From an uncultured Chloroflexia bacterium (GTDB lineage: Bacteria; Chloroflexota; Limnocylindria; Limnocylindrales; CSP1-4), in NCBI GenBank assembly GCA_963813335.1, contig CAWEYL010000001.1, positions 256,001 through 320,000 on the forward strand: a DNA stretch of 64,000 nucleotides, in the 5' to 3' direction. The position numbers were made by a program, and so were the translations under genes. Below, piece by piece: positions 45,075 to 64,000 of this stretch; within the stretch, counting starts at the first letter, position 1, and each line of letters opens with the position of its first letter. A model generated the notes under the pieces. It made no database searches and was not told the origin of the DNA. It saw nothing but the letters and a program-made list of their open reading frames with translations.

Positions 45075-45647
45075 ATGACCGAGATGACGATCGAGACCCG
45101 GACGCCGGAGAAGCGCTGGTACGTGATCCACACGTACTCCGGGTACGAGAACAAGGTGAAGGCCAACCTCGAGCACCGCATCGAGTCGATGGGCATGGAG
45201 GACAAGATCTTCCAGGTTCTCGTCCCGATGGAGGACGAGATCGAGATCCGCCAGGGTCAGCGCCACACCGTCCAGAAGAAGGTCTACCCGGGCTACGTCC
45301 TCGTCGAGATGATCCTCGACCCGGACAGCTGGTTCGTCGTCCGCAACACGCCGGGCGTGACCAGCTTCGTCGGCGGCGCCAACATCCCGGGCGTCCGCAG
45401 CGAGCCCATCCCCCTCGACGAGAACGAGGTCAAGCAGATCCTGCGGCACATGGGCGTCGAGACGCCCAAGTTCCGCGTCGCCTTCACCAAGGGCCAGAGC
45501 GTCCGGGTCACCGACGGGCCGTTCGCCGAGTTCATCGGCACGGTCGACGAGGTCAACCCCGAGCGCAACAAGGTCAAGGTGCTGGTGAGCATCTTCGGCC
45601 GCGAGACCCCCGTCGAACTCGACTTCCTGCAAGTCGAGAAACTCTAG
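45075..45647 (+). CDS. nusG: Transcription factor NusG
   Basis: [25 protein letters not shown] domain GPFAEFIG...[10 protein letters not shown]. Confidence 0.98.
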   Translation: MTEMTIETRTPEKRWYVIHTYSGYENKVKANLEHRIESMGMEDKIFQVLVPMEDEIEIRQGQRHTVQKKVYPGYVLVEMILDPDSWFVVRNTPGVTSFVGGANIPGVRSEPIPLDENEVKQILRHMGVETPKFRVAFTKGQSVRVTDGPFAEFIGTVDEVNPERNKVKVLVSIFGRETPVELDFLQVEKL

Positions 45648-45665
45648 AAAGGAACCGCGAGCCCC

Positions 45666-46091
45666 GTGGCCAAGAAGATCCGCATCGTCCTGACCCTGCA
45701 GCTGCCGGCCGGCAAGGCGACCCCCGCCCCGCCCGTCGGCACCGCGCTGGGCCCGCACGGCATCAACATCGTCGAGTTCACGAAGTCCTACAACGAGAAG
45801 ACCGCTGACAAGTCGGGCCAGATCATCCCGGCCCAGATCACGATCTTCGAGGACCGCTCGTTCTCGTTCATCCTCAAGACCCCACCCGCCGCGGACCTGC
45901 TCCGCAAGGCGGCCGGCGTCGAGAAGGGGACCGGGACCGCCAAGCGCGAGACCGTCGGCCGGGTCACCCGCGACCAGGTCCGCGAGATCGCGGCGATCAA
46001 GATGGTCGACCTCAACGCCAACGACGTCGAGGCCGCCGCCCGCCAGATCGAGGGCACGGCCCGAAGCATGGGCATCGAGGTCGTCAACTAG
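45666..46091 (+). CDS. rplK: 50S ribosomal protein L11
   Basis: [18 protein letters not shown]. Confidence 0.98.
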   Translation: MAKKIRIVLTLQLPAGKATPAPPVGTALGPHGINIVEFTKSYNEKTADKSGQIIPAQITIFEDRSFSFILKTPPAADLLRKAAGVEKGTGTAKRETVGRVTRDQVREIAAIKMVDLNANDVEAAARQIEGTARSMGIEVVN

Positions 46092-46155
46092 GCGGTCCGC
46101 CCGCCAGCGACGCGCGACCGGCCGCGCAGACCAGCCGGACGCCCACCCCGCGCAA

Positions 46156-46190
46156 GGGGGAGGTCGGGCTCGACCCGACCGCCAGGAGGT
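46156..46190 (+). promoter_or_regulatory. Putative L1-binding autoregulatory hairpin before rplA
   Basis: GGGAG-GTCGGG-CTCGA-CCCGAC-CGCCA abuts the AGGAGG SD of rplA. Confidence 0.55.
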
Positions 46191-46194
46191 TCAC

Positions 46195-46899
46195 ATGGCA
46201 CACGGCAAGAAGTACACCGAGGCGGCGAAGCTCGTCGAGCACGGCCGCGTCTACGAGCCCGCCGAGGCGGTCGAGCTCGCCAAGCAGACCACGACGGTCT
46301 CGTTCGACGCGACCATCGAGGCGCACCTGCGGCTCGGGGTCGACCCCCGTCATGCGGACCAGCTCGTCCGTGGCACGGTCGTGCTCCCGCACGGCACCGG
46401 CAAGGTCGTCCGCGTGGCGGTGTTCGCCACCGGCGAGAAGGCCCAGGAGGCGCTGCGCGCCGGCGCCGACGAGGTCGGCGGCGACGACCTGGTCAAGAAG
46501 ATCGAGGCCGGCTGGCTCGAGTTCGACGTCGCCCTCGCGACCCCCGACTCGATGGGCCTGGTCGGCAAGCTCGGCAAGATCCTCGGCCGCCGCGGCCTGA
46601 TGCCGAACCCCAAGGCCGGGACCATCACCTTCGACCTCGAGCGGGCGATCAAGGAAGTCAAGGCCGGCCGCGTCGAGTACAAGGTCGACAAGGCCGGGAT
46701 CGTCCACGTGGCGGTCGGGCGCAGCAGCTTCGAGGCCAGCGCCCTGCTCGAGAACCTCGCGACCCTGGTCGACGCGGTCAACCGCGCCAAGCCCTCGGGC
46801 GCCAAGGGCCAGTACCTCAAGACCCTCACGATCGCCAGCACGATGGGCCCGGGCATCCGGGTCGACCTGCCGGGCGTCCTGGCCGCCGCGGCGGCCTGA
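46195..46899 (+). CDS. rplA: 50S ribosomal protein L1
   Basis: [28 protein letters not shown]. Confidence 0.98.
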   Translation: MAHGKKYTEAAKLVEHGRVYEPAEAVELAKQTTTVSFDATIEAHLRLGVDPRHADQLVRGTVVLPHGTGKVVRVAVFATGEKAQEALRAGADEVGGDDLVKKIEAGWLEFDVALATPDSMGLVGKLGKILGRRGLMPNPKAGTITFDLERAIKEVKAGRVEYKVDKAGIVHVAVGRSSFEASALLENLATLVDAVNRAKPSGAKGQYLKTLTIASTMGPGIRVDLPGVLAAAAA

Positions 46900-46974
46900 C
46901 CCACCGGCCGGCGGGTCGCCGGCCACCAGACGCGATGACAGCCGAGAGGCCGGTCATCTGACCAGATAGACGGA

Positions 46975-47110
46975 CCGCCGCAGACAGCCTGCGCCCGCGG
47001 ACCGCTGACGACTCGAACAGTCGCCAACGGTCGGGGCTTGATCCGCCGGACCGGACCGGGACCCACCCGCAGGGGAGGGGACCGGGGACGACGACGAGCA
47101 CGCCGAGGCA
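46975..47110 (+). promoter_or_regulatory. Putative L10 leader RNA (expanded)
   Basis: CCGCAGACAG...GCTTGA...GCCGAGG pattern in the 368-nt rplA-rplJ spacer. Confidence 0.5.
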
Positions 47111-47267
47111 GATCGGTGCCGCACACCCTCCCGGGTGGGCTGCGCCCCTGCGAGTGGGGTCGACCTCCGCCGAGGAGGTGGACCGGGGCCGTCGCAGGGG
47201 CCACCCGACCACGACGTCGGGCGTCCACCGCCGCACGCCGGCTGCGTGCCGCACGAAGGAGGGCCAC

Positions 47268-47798
47268 ATGCCCACGGAGGCCAAACAGGCCACGGTCGCC
47301 GAGCTGCGCGAGGATCTCGCCAACAGCCGGACGCTGATCGTGTCCGAGTACCGCGGCCTCAAGGTGAAGGAGATCGCCGAGATCCGGCGCGCCCTGCGCA
47401 AGCAGGACGTCAGCTATCGCGTGGTCAAGAACCGGCTGATGCGCATCGCCGCCGAGGATTCGGTCGGCGAGGCCCTGAGCCCGCTCCTGACCGGCCCGAC
47501 CGCCATCGCGTTCGGGAACGACGAAGCCGGGACTGCCAAGGCCGTCCTCGAGGCCACCCGCCCGTACAACAAGATCGTGCGGATCACGGGTGCCGTCCTG
47601 GGCGATACGGCGATCGACGCCGACGCCGTCACGCGATTGGCCGCACTGCCGTCGCGCGAGATCCTGCTGGCCAAGCTGGCCGGTGGGATGCAGGCGCCGG
47701 TCGCGACCCTGGCCGGGCTCTTCGCCGCGCCGCTGCGCAACCTGGGCTACGCCCTCGCGCAGGTGGCCGAGCAGAAGGCCAAGGCCGGCGACGCGTAG
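47268..47798 (+). CDS. rplJ: 50S ribosomal protein L10
   Basis: EYRGL.V...RRALR...VVKNRL, L.GPTAIAF, LPSREIL; SD AAGGAGG. Confidence 0.97.
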   Translation: MPTEAKQATVAELREDLANSRTLIVSEYRGLKVKEIAEIRRALRKQDVSYRVVKNRLMRIAAEDSVGEALSPLLTGPTAIAFGNDEAGTAKAVLEATRPYNKIVRITGAVLGDTAIDADAVTRLAALPSREILLAKLAGGMQAPVATLAGLFAAPLRNLGYALAQVAEQKAKAGDA

Positions 47799-47853
47799 CG
47801 CCCCTCACCTGACCCACCACGACACCGATACCCGACCAAGGAGACGACCAGAC

Positions 47854-48255
47854 ATGGCTGCCAAGACCCAGGACGAGCTGCTCGACGCGATCGACAAGAT
47901 GACCGTGCTCGAGCTGTCCGAGTTCATCAAGAAGTTCGAAGAGCGCTACGGCGTGACCGCTGCGGCCCCGGCCGCCGTGGCCGCCGCCCCGGCCGCCGCC
48001 GGTGGCGACACCGGTGCCGCCGCCGCGGCCGGCGCCGAGGAGCAGACCGAGTTCACCGCGACCCTGACCGAGATCGGGCCGAACAAGATCCCGGTCATCA
48101 AGGTCGTCCGCGAGCTGACCGGCCTGGGCCTCAAGGAGGCCAAGGATCTCGTCGACGCCGCGCCCAAGGCCGTCAAGGAAGGCGTGACCAAGGACGAGGC
48201 CGAGAAGATCAAGGCCGCCATCGAAGAGCAGGGGGGCAAGGTCGAGATCAAGTAG
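47854..48255 (+). CDS. rplL: 50S ribosomal protein L7/L12
   Basis: [31 protein letters not shown]. Confidence 0.98.
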   Translation: MAAKTQDELLDAIDKMTVLELSEFIKKFEERYGVTAAAPAAVAAAPAAAGGDTGAAAAAGAEEQTEFTATLTEIGPNKIPVIKVVRELTGLGLKEAKDLVDAAPKAVKEGVTKDEAEKIKAAIEEQGGKVEIK

Positions 48256-48270
48256 GCGGCACTGTTGGTG

Positions 48271-48391
48271 GCCGGCGGGCTGGGCGGCGCATCCGTGCGT
48301 TGCCCGCTCCGCCGGTCGCTCACGCACCTTGGGGTGCGCTCGCTCCCTTGCTCGCTGGCGCCTTCGGGCTGCATCCGCCCCGCCTGCCGGC
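48271..48391. repeat. Dispersed hairpin repeat, copy 4
   Basis: TCGCTCACGCACCTTGGGGTGCGCTCGCTC (48316-48345) inside a hairpin closed by GCCGGCGGGC/GCCTGCCGGC. Confidence 0.75.
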
Positions 48392-48503
48392 TTCGCGGTA
48401 CTGATGAGGAATCAAGCTGGCCGGCTTCGCGGATCTTGCCAACGTCGTATCGACCCGAGCTCCGGAATCCCGAAATGGGCCCCTTTACCAGAACTGGGGC
48501 CAT

Positions 48504-48531
48504 TTGACAAGATGAGGAATCGCGATATCCT
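48504..48531 (+). promoter_or_regulatory. rpoB promoter
   Basis: TTGACA-16 nt-TATCCT. Confidence 0.55.
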
Positions 48532-48592
48532 ACTCCTTCTGTGAGCGCGGCCCTCTTCCCCCTTCCTAGCCTCCGTCAAGGAGTGGTGCTTC

Positions 48593-52072
<3,480 letters not shown>

Positions 52073-52192
52073 CCGCCCTGCACCCGTACCCGTCCCTGAA
52101 CCACCCGCGGCGCCGCGTTTCGGCCGGCACGACGCCGCTCGCTCACGGTCCGCATCGTGTCGCCGAGCCAGACGGCGGCGCGGAGGAGAACC

Positions 52193-56704
<4,512 letters not shown>

Positions 56705-56746
56705 TCCGGGGGCCCCAGCGGGCCCTCGCGGCGGCCCGCCGAGCGT

Positions 56747-56776
56747 TTGACACGCTCAGCGGGCCGCTGATAGACT
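56747..56776 (+). promoter_or_regulatory. str operon promoter
   Basis: TTGACA-18 nt-TAGACT. Confidence 0.65.
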
Positions 56777-56958
56777 CCGCCTTCGTGGCCTCGGGAGGGG
56801 TCCGCCAGCGGCGTGCGCGCCGCAGACCACCTGACCACAGCATCCTGAAACCCTGAACCGGTCCCCGCCGGTCGCCCCCCAGGCGATCGTGCCTCACCGG
56901 ACCGGCCGGTCGGCGACGACCGTGACCTGATCACTTCGACGAGAGGAGCAGCGTTTTC

Positions 56959-57387
56959 GTGCCGACGATCAGCCAGCTCGTGCGACATGGTCGCCAGCGC
57001 AAGATCTCGAAGATCAAGGCGCCGGCGATGCGCAAGAACTGGAACAGCCTGCGGCAGCGCCAGGTACCCATCCCCGGCGCCCCCCAGAAGCGGGGTGTCT
57101 GCCTGCAGGTCCGGACGATGACGCCCAAGAAGCCGAACTCGGCGCTGCGCAAGATCGCGCGCGTGCGGCTGACCAACCAGATGGAGGTCACGGCCTACAT
57201 CCCCGGGATCGGCCACAACCTCCAGGAGCACTCGGTCGTCCTCGTCCGCGGCGGCCGCGTGAAGGACCTCCCTTCGGTCAAGTACCACATCATCCGCGGC
57301 ACCCTCGACGCCGCCGGCGTGCGCGACCGCAAGCAGGGCCGCAGCAAGTACGGCGCGAAGGCCAGCGCGAAGCCGGGGGCCCGCTGA
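56959..57387 (+). CDS. rpsL: 30S ribosomal protein S12
   Basis: [23 protein letters not shown]. Confidence 0.99.
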   Translation: MPTISQLVRHGRQRKISKIKAPAMRKNWNSLRQRQVPIPGAPQKRGVCLQVRTMTPKKPNSALRKIARVRLTNQMEVTAYIPGIGHNLQEHSVVLVRGGRVKDLPSVKYHIIRGTLDAAGVRDRKQGRSKYGAKASAKPGAR

Positions 57388-57388
57388 C

Positions 57389-57856
57389 ATGCCGCGCCGA
57401 ACGAGCATCCCGCGCAAGACCAAGTACGAGACGGTCCCGGCCAACCGCCTGACCGCCCGCTTCTCGGCGAAGCTGATGAAGGGCGGCAAGCAGAACCTGG
57501 CCGAGCGGATCCTCCGCCAGGCCCTGGCCCGGGCCGAGGCCCAGGCGTCGCGCCCCGGCCTCGAGATCCTCGAGGCGGCGATGCGCAACGCCACCCCCAT
57601 CATCGAAGTCAAGCCGCGCCGCGTCGGCGGCGCCACGTATCAGGTCCCGGTCGAGATCCGGGGCGATCGCCGCATGTCGCTCGGGGTCCGCTGGCTCGTC
57701 CAGGCGGCCCGCAAGCGCAACGGCAAGAGCATGAGCGAGAAGCTCGCCGCCGAGTTCGTCGATGCCATGAATGGCCTCGGCGCCGCGGTGAAGCGTCGCG
57801 AAGACACGCACAAGATGGCGGACGCCAACAAGGCGTTCAGCCATTTCAAGTGGTAG
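57389..57856 (+). CDS. rpsG: 30S ribosomal protein S7
   Basis: [23 protein letters not shown]. Confidence 0.98.
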   Translation: MPRRTSIPRKTKYETVPANRLTARFSAKLMKGGKQNLAERILRQALARAEAQASRPGLEILEAAMRNATPIIEVKPRRVGGATYQVPVEIRGDRRMSLGVRWLVQAARKRNGKSMSEKLAAEFVDAMNGLGAAVKRREDTHKMADANKAFSHFKW

Positions 57857-57875
57857 CTCGGGGAGCATAGGCACC

Positions 57876-59951
<2,076 letters not shown>

Positions 59952-59965
59952 CGGGAGCAGCCACG

Positions 59966-61162
<1,197 letters not shown>

Positions 61163-61169
61163 GGACGAG

Positions 61170-61478
61170 ATGGCGAAGCAGCGGATCCGGATCCGCCTCA
61201 AGGCCTACGATCACCGACTGCTCGATCAGTCGGCGGCCCAGATCGTCGAGACGGCCCAGCGCACCGGCGCGGACGTCGTCGGCCCCGTGCCGCTCCCGAC
61301 GCGCATCGAGAAGTTCACGGTCCTGCGCTCGCCGTTCATCGACAAGGACAGCCGGGAGCAGTTCGAGATCCGCACCCACAAGCGGCTCGTGGACATCCTG
61401 GACCCCTCGTCGAAGACGGTCGACGCCCTGATGCGACTCAGCCTGGCGGCTGGCGTCGACATCGAGATCAAGATGTGA
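61170..61478 (+). CDS. rpsJ: 30S ribosomal protein S10
   Basis: [28 protein letters not shown]. Confidence 0.99.
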   Translation: MAKQRIRIRLKAYDHRLLDQSAAQIVETAQRTGADVVGPVPLPTRIEKFTVLRSPFIDKDSREQFEIRTHKRLVDILDPSSKTVDALMRLSLAAGVDIEIKM

Positions 61479-62092
61479 TGGGCAACATCGGACTGATCGG
61501 CCGCAAGGTCGGCATGACCCAGGTCTTCGAGGACGACGGCACCATGGTCGCCGTCTCCGTCGTGTCCATCGAGCCCAACACCGTCACGCGCCTGCGCACG
61601 ACGGACCGGGACGGCTACACGGCCGTCCAGCTCGGCACGGAGGTGGCCCGGAAGCTGTCCAAGCCCGAGACCGGCCAGCTCAAGGACCTGCCCAAGGTGG
61701 CGACGATCCGCGAGTTCCGCGTCGACGACGTCGGAGCGTACGAGGTCGGCCAGACCGTCGCGATCAGCGACCTGTTCGCCGTGGGCGACGAGGTCGACGT
61801 GACGGGCGTCTCGAAGGGCAAGGGCTTCGCCGGCCACATCAAGCGCCACAACTTCCACCGCGGGCCCAAGACCCACGGCTCCGACCACCATCGCGAGCCC
61901 GGCTCGATCGGCCCCGGCACCACCCCCGGTCGCGTCTACCGAGGCCTGAAGATGGCCGGCCACATGGGCGACGAGCGGACGACCATCAAGAAGGTGCGCG
62001 TCGTGCGCACCGACACCGATCGCAACCTGCTGCTGGTCAAGGGGAGCCTCCCCGGCGCGCGCGGCTCATTGATCCTCGTGAAGAAGGCCTGA
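61478..62092 (+). CDS. rplC: 50S ribosomal protein L3
   Basis: [23 protein letters not shown]. Confidence 0.98.
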   Translation: MGNIGLIGRKVGMTQVFEDDGTMVAVSVVSIEPNTVTRLRTTDRDGYTAVQLGTEVARKLSKPETGQLKDLPKVATIREFRVDDVGAYEVGQTVAISDLFAVGDEVDVTGVSKGKGFAGHIKRHNFHRGPKTHGSDHHREPGSIGPGTTPGRVYRGLKMAGHMGDERTTIKKVRVVRTDTDRNLLLVKGSLPGARGSLILVKKA

Positions 62093-62096
62093 CGCG

Positions 62097-62720
62097 ATGC
62101 CGCAGACCAACCTGTACGACCGGACGGGCAAGACCGTCGGCAGCGTGGAGCTCAGCGACGAGCTCTTCGCTGCGCCGATCAACGCCGCCGTCCTCCACCA
62201 GGTCGTGACCGCCCAGCTCGCCGGTCGCCGGACCGGCACGGCCGACACCAAGACCCGCGGCGAGGTCCGCGGCGGCGGCCGCAAGCCGTACCGCCAGAAG
62301 GGCACCGGCCGCGCCCGCCAGGGCACCGTCAGCGCCCCGCACTACCGTGGCGGCGGCGCGGTGTTCGGCCCGCACCCGCGCTCCTACGAGCAGCGCCTGC
62401 CGCGCAAGATGAAGCGGCTGGCCCTGCGCGGCGCGCTCACCGCCAAGTTCGGCGACGAGGCGATCATGGTCATCGACTCGTTCGGGCTCGAGGCGGTCAA
62501 GACGCGCGACCTGGCCGGCGTGCTCGGCGCCCTCAAGGCGTCGGGTCACGTGCTGGTCGTGTCGCCGGCGCGCGACGAGAAGCTCCAGCTGTCGGCGCGC
62601 AACCTGCCGACCGTCGAGATCATCCTCGCCGACTCGCTCAACGTCGTCGACCTGCTGAAGGCCGATGTCGTGCTCATCGAGGAGGCCTCCCTGGCCCGGA
62701 TGCAGGAGGTCTACGCATGA
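62097..62720 (+). CDS. rplD: 50S ribosomal protein L4
   Basis: [18 protein letters not shown]. Confidence 0.98.
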   Translation: MPQTNLYDRTGKTVGSVELSDELFAAPINAAVLHQVVTAQLAGRRTGTADTKTRGEVRGGGRKPYRQKGTGRARQGTVSAPHYRGGGAVFGPHPRSYEQRLPRKMKRLALRGALTAKFGDEAIMVIDSFGLEAVKTRDLAGVLGALKASGHVLVVSPARDEKLQLSARNLPTVEIILADSLNVVDLLKADVVLIEEASLARMQEVYA

Positions 62721-63031
62721 GCGTCCTGACCGCGCCGGAGATCATCCTGCGCCCCGTCATCAGCGAGAAGTCCATCGACGAGTCCGGCCGCGGCAAGTAC
62801 ACCTTCGCGGTGCACCACGACGCCAACAAGATCCAGATCAAGGCGGCGATCGAGGAGCTGTACAAGAAGGAGAAGGTGACGGTCGTCGCGGTCAACGTCC
62901 TGACCACGAAGGCCAAGGAGAAGCGGCGCGGCACGCGGCGCGGCCGGATCGTCGGCCACACCACGCCGTGGCGCAAGGCCATCGTCACGCTGGCCCCGGG
63001 CCAGAAGATCGAATTCTTCGAGGGGGTCTGA
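62717..63031 (+). CDS. rplW: 50S ribosomal protein L23
   Basis: [21 protein letters not shown]. Confidence 0.97.
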   Translation: MSVLTAPEIILRPVISEKSIDESGRGKYTFAVHHDANKIQIKAAIEELYKKEKVTVVAVNVLTTKAKEKRRGTRRGRIVGHTTPWRKAIVTLAPGQKIEFFEGV

Positions 63032-63033
63032 CG

Positions 63034-63861
63034 ATGCCGCTTCGCAGTTACAAGGCCACCTCGCCGGGGCTCCGGCAGATGACTCGCTCGACCTTCGAGG
63101 AGATCACCACCAAGGAGCCGCACAAGCCCCTGCTCGAGAAGCAGATCCGCGGGTCCGGGCGCAACAACGCCGGCCGCCTGACGGTCCGCCATCGCGGCGG
63201 CGGCGAGAAGCAGCACTACCGCATCATCGACTTCAAGCGCAACAAGATCGGCGTCCCCGCCCGGCTCGCGACCATCGAGTACGACCCCAACCGCTCGGCG
63301 CGGATCGGCCTGCTCCACTATCGCGACGGCGAGAAGCGCTACATGCTCCTGCCCCACGGCATGAAGGTGGGTGACGTCGTCGTCGCCGGACCGGATGCCG
63401 AGGCGCGGCTGGGCAACGCACTGCCGATCTCCAACATCCCGCTCGGCACGACCATCCACAACATCGAGCTGATCCCCGGCAAGGGCGGTCAGATCGTGCG
63501 CTCCGCCGGCACTTCGGCCCAGCTGCTCGCCAAGGAAGGCGAGTACGCCCAGGTCCGCCTGCCGTCGGGCGAGGTCCGCCGCGTCAGCATCCGCTGCATG
63601 GCCACCATCGGCCAGGTCAGCAACCTCGATCACGAGAACCAGAACCTCGGCAAGGCCGGCCGCGCCCGGCACCTCGGCCAGCGGCCCGAGGTCCGGGGCG
63701 TCGTCATGAATCCGCGCGACCATCCGCACGGCGGTGGTGAGGGCAAGTCCCCGACCGGGATGCCGCCCAAGACCCCGTGGGGCAAGCCCGCCATGGGCTA
63801 TCGCACCCGGCGGTCGAAGACGACCGGACGTCTCATCGTCCGGTCACGGCATCGCAAGTAG
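63034..63861 (+). CDS. rplB: 50S ribosomal protein L2
   Basis: [27 protein letters not shown]. Confidence 0.98.
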   Translation: MPLRSYKATSPGLRQMTRSTFEEITTKEPHKPLLEKQIRGSGRNNAGRLTVRHRGGGEKQHYRIIDFKRNKIGVPARLATIEYDPNRSARIGLLHYRDGEKRYMLLPHGMKVGDVVVAGPDAEARLGNALPISNIPLGTTIHNIELIPGKGGQIVRSAGTSAQLLAKEGEYAQVRLPSGEVRRVSIRCMATIGQVSNLDHENQNLGKAGRARHLGQRPEVRGVVMNPRDHPHGGGEGKSPTGMPPKTPWGKPAMGYRTRRSKTTGRLIVRSRHRK

Positions 63862-63878
63862 CGGGGAGGTAGGAGCCG

Positions 63879-64000
63879 ATGTCCCGTTCCATCAAGAAGG
63901 GCCCCTTCGTGGAGGCCCGACTCCTCGGCCGGATCGAGGAGATGAACAAGCGCAACGAGAAGAAGGTCGTCAAGACCTGGTCGCGCGCGTCGGTGATCTT
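63879..64000 (+). CDS. rpsS: 30S ribosomal protein S19 (partial)
   Basis: [11 protein letters not shown]...KTWSRAS.I, running off the window. Confidence 0.97.
   Translation, partial: MSRSIKKGPFVEARLLGRIEEMNKRNEKKVVKTWSRASVI

Overview
High-GC bacterial chromosome segment. The 16S rRNA resembles soil Chloroflexota of the Ellin6529/KD4-96 (Limnocylindria-like) group; this is recognition from memory, not a search. Most of the window is core genes. It opens with a complete shikimate/chorismate operon on the minus strand (aroF-aroA-aroE-aroC-aroKB-aroQ-chorismate mutase-gluQ) headed by an unannotated Phe/Tyr leader-peptide attenuator. An accessory stretch from about 8.3 to 19.8 kb follows, containing a GH25 lysozyme, four tRNAs, a decayed island, a fasciclin-heliorhodopsin-B12 photoreceptor cluster, a PPi-type PFK and a TadA homologue lacking its catalytic Glu. 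The rest comprises ffs-dnaX-ybaB-recR, a full rrn operon, rpsA, clpC-radA-PIN/TRAM-ispDF-cysS-rlmB, tRNAs, tuf-rpmG-secE-nusG-rplKAJL-rpoBC, and the str and S10 operons. About eight genes carry short insertion frameshifts that look like assembly errors. The most interesting signals are: (1) the putative two-chromophore light-sensing module; (2) tRNA-Arg(GCG) together with a catalytically altered TadA; (3) the aro attenuator; (4) a dispersed ~120-nt hairpin repeat family; (5) RpoB H526S and an actinobacterial-type 23S insertion.
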